A stretch of 11,090 nucleotides of DNA, from positions 1 through 11,090 of IMG/VR virus record IMGVR_UViG_2737471840_000003, one strand, 5' to 3'. A model generated the notes under the pieces. It made no database searches and was not told the DNA's origin. It worked only from the letters and a program-made list of their open reading frames with translations. How positions within the stretch are numbered: the first letter of the stretch is position 1; every line of letters starts with the position of its first letter. Positions 6,427 through 11,090 of the stretch are shown piece after piece. The translations under genes were made by a program, and so were the position numbers. Source of the stretch: a virus (lineage: Duplodnaviria; Heunggongvirae; Uroviricota; Caudoviricetes).

Positions 6427-8901
6427 TTATTGCGGAGTGACATCCTGAGGTCGCCACCAGTATGTCTGGTTAAACTCTTTCTTCGAACGTTGCTCCATTT
6501 TACGCAAATAGCCTGGTGAAAAATACTCCTGCATCTGGTTAAAGATCATGTGATCGAGAGCCGCCTTCAAGTACCAGAGATTCGCACCTGGCATCAAACC
6601 TTTCCCCAGCTTCACCAGATCACCACCAGTCTGCTCACTCTTCCCTTCCACAGCATTTAACGGTATGCCCTGAGCAATCTTCACTACGTCATCAACCAGA
6701 CCAGCCACCGGGCCAAGCATCGACGCCAGCGCGCCGCTTCCGTACCTAGTGTGATCTGACAATAAAAAGTCACCGTAAAGGCCAAGACCACCACCTTTCA
6801 ATAGAGCACCAAGCCAGAATTTTGCGGCATCTTCTCCTGTCATCTCGCGAGGATTACGACCAGACGCAAGGTCGTTAAGTTGCTGCGACAAAGCTCCAAG
6901 AATGGTCGTACTGGCAATAAACGTCGCAATATATGCCGCACGCCCACCAGCAGACGGCATACCCATAGCGCGTGACCAGTGACGCATAACCACCGAGATA
7001 GGGAACGATTTAAACAGGAAAACACTTCTCGTTAATTCACCTTTCCATGTTCCACGCTGAATACCAGAACCGGTTATCAGTTGCTCACGTGCTCCCGGTG
7101 TAATAACAGCCATATCAACTTCTTCAGTTACGGCACCGAGCAGTTTACGCATTGCCTCAAATTTCACGCGTTCAGGCTCACCAAGATGTTTAACTGCTGA
7201 ATCAGGGATACGCATAATGCTTTCCGGTGTCAGCATCGTATTATTACCGTTCCCCCAGTCCTCCTGTTGCGCCAACTTCCATACGCTCCAGTCTGTGTCA
7301 GTAATCCCTTTGCTTTTCAGGATACGAAAATCAGAGTCATCGAGGCTACGAAGGCCTGGTGTCCGTGACACTACTTCTCCCAGGCTTCCCATCATGGTTA
7401 CGCCATAGGCGCGCTTGTGCGCATCTGACCATGCTGTAAGCCCACTGGCACGCATTACCGCCGTTGCAGCCCAACGAGACACAGACGGCCCCATATTATC
7501 CATCGCCCAGCGGTTAACGCTGCCAAGTAGAGATTCCATCGCCAGACCAGCGCGGCGCGCCCGCGCAAGCTCAGTACGGTTCGTTGGGTCCATAGCTTCA
7601 AGCTGGTTGCGGAATAACTGGTTCATCGGAAGGTTGGTCACCTTCGCAGACAGATACATGGTTCCAAGATCAGAGAACGATGACAGCAACGCGGATCCGA
7701 GTCTGCTGGCAACCAGCCAGTTGCGGATATTGTCAGACCATCGCGCGATGTGCGGATTCGCTACAGGCTGTGTCTTTCCGGAAATAAAGTTGTACAGATT
7801 CTCTGTGTTGTTCGCCAGCCGCTCGACTTTACCGGTTTTACTCGGGTTAGCTGTTGCCGTTTCTGCCTTAACCTGATCAAGAAGGGAGCGGAAAACATGA
7901 TCGGGGTTTGGACCATATGTTTCCACCAGAGCAATATCTTTACTGATACCTTCCAGGTGACCGACCATGATTTCCCATAGAGAGCGATCGCCATAAAGTT
8001 GTTGATATTGGAGATAGGAATCTGCATCTTTGAAATGTATCTGTCGTGATGCATTACCACGGTTAGCACGTGCGCCGGAAATTCGCATTCCGGTATCAGT
8101 AAGCTTATTCAGCCCACCAGTAGCGATCGTGTTATAAGCCTCTCCAAGAAATGCAGACAACTCGGCATCGTTCATCAGTTGTCCATCGGCTCGGGTATAA
8201 TATTTGCGATCCAGCTTACCTATAACATCGCTAACCCATTTATCTTTTGATACCGCACCAACCTTTTCCATAGAATGATGTTGAGGGATCCCCCAGTTTT
8301 CGAGATAGCCAATGTCCCCACCAGCATCATTAAACCGGCGGCGCAGCAGCTCTGTAACTTCTCTCCACGCCTTAGCACCTTTTCTTGCTTTAGCATTGCC
8401 AGTATTTTGCCCCCGCATTTCATATACCAGGTCACGTACGCCCGCTTCATCTTCAAACAGACCAAAAAAGCGAGGATCAACTGCTTCGAATGCCTCCTGC
8501 AATTGACTCAATGCATAATCACGGGTGGCTTTTGTTCTGGATTCAACAGAGAGGAAATTAGATTTACCGTCTGCATTAAAAGCTATAGTACGGTTAAGAG
8601 CGCCAAGTTTCCCATCAGCCCCTTGATAGCTATTGATAAATTTATCCAATCTCTGACGCGCGGCTATAGTGAGAGCCACACGACGTTTCTTTAATGCCGC
8701 TTCTCGCTGTAATTCTTCAGATGCCAATTGTGCTGCTCGATATAGCCGCTCTGATTCGGAAAGTTGTCGCCACGACATCGGGTCATCACGAGCAATGGAG
8801 CGCATATTTCGATAAATGCGGTCTTCAATGTTTTGTATTTCTCGCGCCGTTAAAGTGCGCTGCGCCGCCTGCTGGACCGCTTGTATACATTCCTGTCTCA
8901 T
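6427..8901 (-). CDS. Large virion protein (824 aa), putative internal core / ejection protein
   Basis: ATG at 8901 with SD GAGG about 11 nt upstream, 5 nt after the stop of the 600-aa gene. It has a helical, charged N-terminus and C-terminal Gly-rich hydrophobic stretches (AAYIATFIASTTILGAL, FWLGALLKGGGLGLYGDFLL, LASMLGPVAGLV). No enzymatic motif recognised. The function is inferred from size, composition and position upstream of the tailspike. Confidence 0.8.
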   Translation of the reverse strand: MRQECIQAVQQAAQRTLTAREIQNIEDRIYRNMRSIARDDPMSWRQLSESERLYRAAQLASEELQREAALKKRRVALTIAARQRLDKFINSYQGADGKLGALNRTIAFNADGKSNFLSVESRTKATRDYALSQLQEAFEAVDPRFFGLFEDEAGVRDLVYEMRGQNTGNAKARKGAKAWREVTELLRRRFNDAGGDIGYLENWGIPQHHSMEKVGAVSKDKWVSDVIGKLDRKYYTRADGQLMNDAELSAFLGEAYNTIATGGLNKLTDTGMRISGARANRGNASRQIHFKDADSYLQYQQLYGDRSLWEIMVGHLEGISKDIALVETYGPNPDHVFRSLLDQVKAETATANPSKTGKVERLANNTENLYNFISGKTQPVANPHIARWSDNIRNWLVASRLGSALLSSFSDLGTMYLSAKVTNLPMNQLFRNQLEAMDPTNRTELARARRAGLAMESLLGSVNRWAMDNMGPSVSRWAATAVMRASGLTAWSDAHKRAYGVTMMGSLGEVVSRTPGLRSLDDSDFRILKSKGITDTDWSVWKLAQQEDWGNGNNTMLTPESIMRIPDSAVKHLGEPERVKFEAMRKLLGAVTEEVDMAVITPGAREQLITGSGIQRGTWKGELTRSVFLFKSFPISVVMRHWSRAMGMPSAGGRAAYIATFIASTTILGALSQQLNDLASGRNPREMTGEDAAKFWLGALLKGGGLGLYGDFLLSDHTRYGSGALASMLGPVAGLVDDVVKIAQGIPLNAVEGKSEQTGGDLVKLGKGLMPGANLWYLKAALDHMIFNQMQEYFSPGYLRKMEQRSKKEFNQTYWWRPQDVTPQ

Positions 8902-8906
8902 TTAAT

Positions 8907-10709
8907 TTAACCTCTCAAGAAACACGCCACAGCGACATCAAACAGGCTGGAATCCTGTATTGCCTGCTCACTTTCCCTGTTCGCTTCATCCAGTACTTCA
9001 CGCGCGCTGCGCGATTGTGGATTACCATCATCATCCAGCACGGTGATTATCATGTCAGGTGATTCAAGCAGCGAGTCTTCAGCTATGCGCAGATCAATAT
9101 CTCCTGCCGGATCTGCCATCATTTTTTGTTCTGTCTGTTGCAATATCTTACCGGGCTCAAAAGGAGCTACTTCGTCTGGCGTCCTGACCTCTGCTGTTTT
9201 ATAGAATGAAACAGCCTGAGCATTAAGTTCACTTTCTGCCTGCTGTCGTCGTGCCAGTTCTGCTCGAGCTTCAAAAAACTGACCGCCAGGCTCATGCGGT
9301 GCCAACGCGTTACGGGAAAATTCCAGGCGCTCTTGTGCCTGCCGGATTCGTTGGTCAATATCGCGAAGTCTGACCTGTTTATCTGATCGAGCACGAGACA
9401 AAGCTTTACCGCTACCGGTTGGCTCTTCTGCAAGAATTTGTGCGCGCTGTTCAGTGAGATTTTCAATAATTCGTTGGCTATTAGCGATTTCAGACTGGTA
9501 AACCTGTCTATCGCCACGCGGCAAAAGCTGCGCGGCCTGTTCTTCAAGCAACCGATTTTCTATAGCGCGCGCCGTTACTCCATCATCTACAGATGACAGA
9601 GCCTCATTAACTGCCTGAGACAGCAGACTCTTGCGCCCAGGAATTTCACTGAAAGATGCAGACTCAACAATGCTGGCAACGTCTACAGGTCTCCCCTGGC
9701 TAACATCAGACATAGCTTTTCGCAGAGCCTGAATGTGAGAATTGCGCGAAAGCACGTTGATCGGCACGCCGGGCGCAATATCAATTTCAGCATGATGAGC
9801 GGCATTCGCCGCCAGTGCAGCATCAACATCAACTGGTGAAAAATTTGGTGCGCTTGTAGACTCGCCGCGAGAGTTCATAAATCTGCCGACACCACCAAAC
9901 GCCACCCCAAGAACAGCATCAATAGCAATTGCCTGTCGATCCAACACATCATACTGGTTAGCCATTTCGCTATAGCCACCATCACGAAGCGTTTTTGCAG
10001 TAAGCCCACGCTGTGCCATACCGAACGCAATATTTGTACCTGCGGCATAGGCAATATCTGGCGTTGCACGTACTGCTGTTGCTGCGGCGCGTCGCACTGA
10101 ACTTTCACCCGTCCGCGCAAGCTGGGCCGCCACACCTTCCGCCAGCGCACCACCAGCACGTAACCCGAGGCTCATAGGGATCAGTGTTCCGGCACCAGCA
10201 GTAATACCCTGCACTAATCCCGCTTCCTGCGCCGTCCTGAAATCAACACCCTGTGCTGTCAGCCGTTCAAACTCAGAAAAACCCTGTAGAGAAGTTACCG
10301 CCGCAGCACCTCCGACCGGACCACCGAGCGTTGTACCGACAACAGCCTGCCCTCCCATATCGAACAACCCATAAAGGACCTGCCCGGCGGTTCCGGTTGT
10401 CGCGGCATCAGGCGTCAGCCGCTTAACCTGCTGCTCTGCTAGTTTTCTCTGCTCAGCAATGTATGAAACTGAAGTGTCATTAAGCGAGGTGTTTTCGTTA
10501 ACAAACTGAGCAATCGGGGATACGATTTTATCCATCCCTGCCCATAGCAACTGATCTGGCTTTGCCACCAGCCCGGAGTACAAACCAGACAATGCCGCTC
10601 CTACAGCATTGTCGAAAAAACCAACATTGCTGTTAAAGCCAGCTGGATTTGATGCTGCTTCGTCAAGCTGCTGATTCTGGCTTACTGGATTAAGGCCAAA
10701 GTAACTCAT
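8907..10709 (-). CDS. Large Gly/Ala-rich virion protein (600 aa), putative internal core / ejection protein
   Basis: ATG at 10709 overlaps the upstream gene's stop as ATGA (10706..10709); GGAG lies about 10 nt upstream. It has long Gly/Ala-rich low-complexity stretches (VVGTTLGGPVGGAAAVTSL, GITAGAGTLIPMSLGLRAGGALAEGVAAQLA) and a charged helical region (EQRAQILAEE...RQAQERLE). No enzymatic motif recognised. Confidence 0.8.
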   Translation of the reverse strand: MSYFGLNPVSQNQQLDEAASNPAGFNSNVGFFDNAVGAALSGLYSGLVAKPDQLLWAGMDKIVSPIAQFVNENTSLNDTSVSYIAEQRKLAEQQVKRLTPDAATTGTAGQVLYGLFDMGGQAVVGTTLGGPVGGAAAVTSLQGFSEFERLTAQGVDFRTAQEAGLVQGITAGAGTLIPMSLGLRAGGALAEGVAAQLARTGESSVRRAAATAVRATPDIAYAAGTNIAFGMAQRGLTAKTLRDGGYSEMANQYDVLDRQAIAIDAVLGVAFGGVGRFMNSRGESTSAPNFSPVDVDAALAANAAHHAEIDIAPGVPINVLSRNSHIQALRKAMSDVSQGRPVDVASIVESASFSEIPGRKSLLSQAVNEALSSVDDGVTARAIENRLLEEQAAQLLPRGDRQVYQSEIANSQRIIENLTEQRAQILAEEPTGSGKALSRARSDKQVRLRDIDQRIRQAQERLEFSRNALAPHEPGGQFFEARAELARRQQAESELNAQAVSFYKTAEVRTPDEVAPFEPGKILQQTEQKMMADPAGDIDLRIAEDSLLESPDMIITVLDDDGNPQSRSAREVLDEANRESEQAIQDSSLFDVAVACFLRG

Positions 10710-11090
10710 TGCGGAATATCTCCGGAGAATCTCTGACGTTTCTGTGTCAGATTAAGAACAACGGGAGAACCATCATCTTTCAGCAGATAACCAGTACCAA
10801 GTTTCACCAGGTACTGACTATCGCCGTAACTTTGCAAACCATACTGACCAGGCGGTGTTTTTATCCCGGAGCCGACAACTTGTTCATTCCAAGCCTGATT
10901 AACCTGCTTATCGAATTGCTCTGCAGACATTCCCCACGGCAAAAGGACATTCCCCATTCCGTTATAGTCATGCACGCCACCTGTAGCTACGTTAACAGCC
11001 TGTTTCCAGACATCATTGTCAATTTCGCCTGATACCACGCCTTTTTTCGCCATCACGCCAGCGTAATAGTCCTTTGCGATCTCGTATGCC
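10706..11090 (-). CDS. Phage late-operon protein, probably 5'-truncated at the window edge
   Basis: The track ORF 10706..11056 starts at a GTG. The same frame stays open with no stop up to the window edge (..AYEIAKDYYAG-V-MAKKGVVSGEID..), so the gene may begin beyond 11090. An internal ATG at 11053 has only a poorly spaced AGGA 19 nt upstream. Product unknown. Confidence 0.55.
   Translation of the reverse strand, partial: AYEIAKDYYAGVMAKKGVVSGEIDNDVWKQAVNVATGGVHDYNGMGNVLLPWGMSAEQFDKQVNQAWNEQVVGSGIKTPPGQYGLQSYGDSQYLVKLGTGYLLKDDGSPVVLNLTQKRQRFSGDIPQ

Noticed and set aside
6200-6448. 82-aa plus-strand ORF overlapping the end of the 85-aa ORF and the region antisense to the 46-aa peptide
   Set aside because: It starts inside another gene, the protein is low-complexity Ser/Thr-rich, and no SD was seen. 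The antisense 46-aa ORF has a consensus SD and a coherent two-TM composition. This is not fully excluded.
6427-8901. Interpretation of the 824-aa protein as a tail tape-measure protein
   Set aside because: There are no tail-tube or chaperone-frameshift genes in the window, and it is followed directly by a tailspike with a podovirus-type anchor domain, so an internal core/ejection protein is more consistent. This cannot be settled without a homology search.
6840-10159. Multiple 60-150-aa ORFs in alternative or antisense frames inside the 824-aa and 600-aa genes (for example 7415..7876, 8275..8694, 8694..9062, 9167..9547, 9875..10159)
   Set aside because: They are embedded in long coding regions and rich in Arg/Ser/Leu/Cys, as expected for off-frame translation of GC-rich genes. 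No independent start signals were seen.
10709-11032. 107-aa plus-strand ORF antisense to the truncated virion gene
   Set aside because: It is antisense to a minus-strand gene that is translationally coupled into the operon, with no SD and non-protein-like composition.
1-11090. tRNA, rRNA, CRISPR repeats, IS elements, integrase, att sites
   Set aside because: Scanning by eye found no tRNA-like T-arm motifs, no regularly spaced direct repeats, and no transposase or recombinase-like ORFs. The region 1..104 downstream of Rz shows no convincing hairpin or repeat.

Overview
The window reads as the late-region end of a temperate phage or prophage from an enterobacterial-type host, with a podovirus-style, possibly epsilon15/phiV10-like, gene layout; the family assignment is from memory and unverified. 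Nearly all genes are on the minus strand. From 11090 down to 105 they are: a 5'-truncated virion gene, two large translationally coupled Gly/Ala-rich virion proteins (600 aa and 824 aa), a 46-aa two-TM peptide missing from the ORF track, a terminator, an 894-aa tailspike with a C-terminal S74-type autocleaving chaperone domain, and a full lysis cassette (two membrane proteins, GH19 endolysin, Rz with embedded Rz1). Two plus-strand genes interrupt this: an 85-aa orphan ORF (5976..6233) and a very AT-rich 329-aa acyltransferase-3 family membrane protein (2079..3068), most likely an O-antigen acetylase conversion gene. I found no rRNA, tRNA, CRISPR array, transposase or integrase, and no classical multi-gene defence cassette. 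The best candidates for new biology are the two small orphan genes, the AT-rich tailspike/acyltransferase module, and repeated motifs in the two divergent intergenic regions. All calls rest on reading the sequence and translations by eye; no searches were run. The ORF track accepts GTG/TTG starts, so several starts were re-set to the first ATG with a Shine-Dalgarno (SD) sequence.
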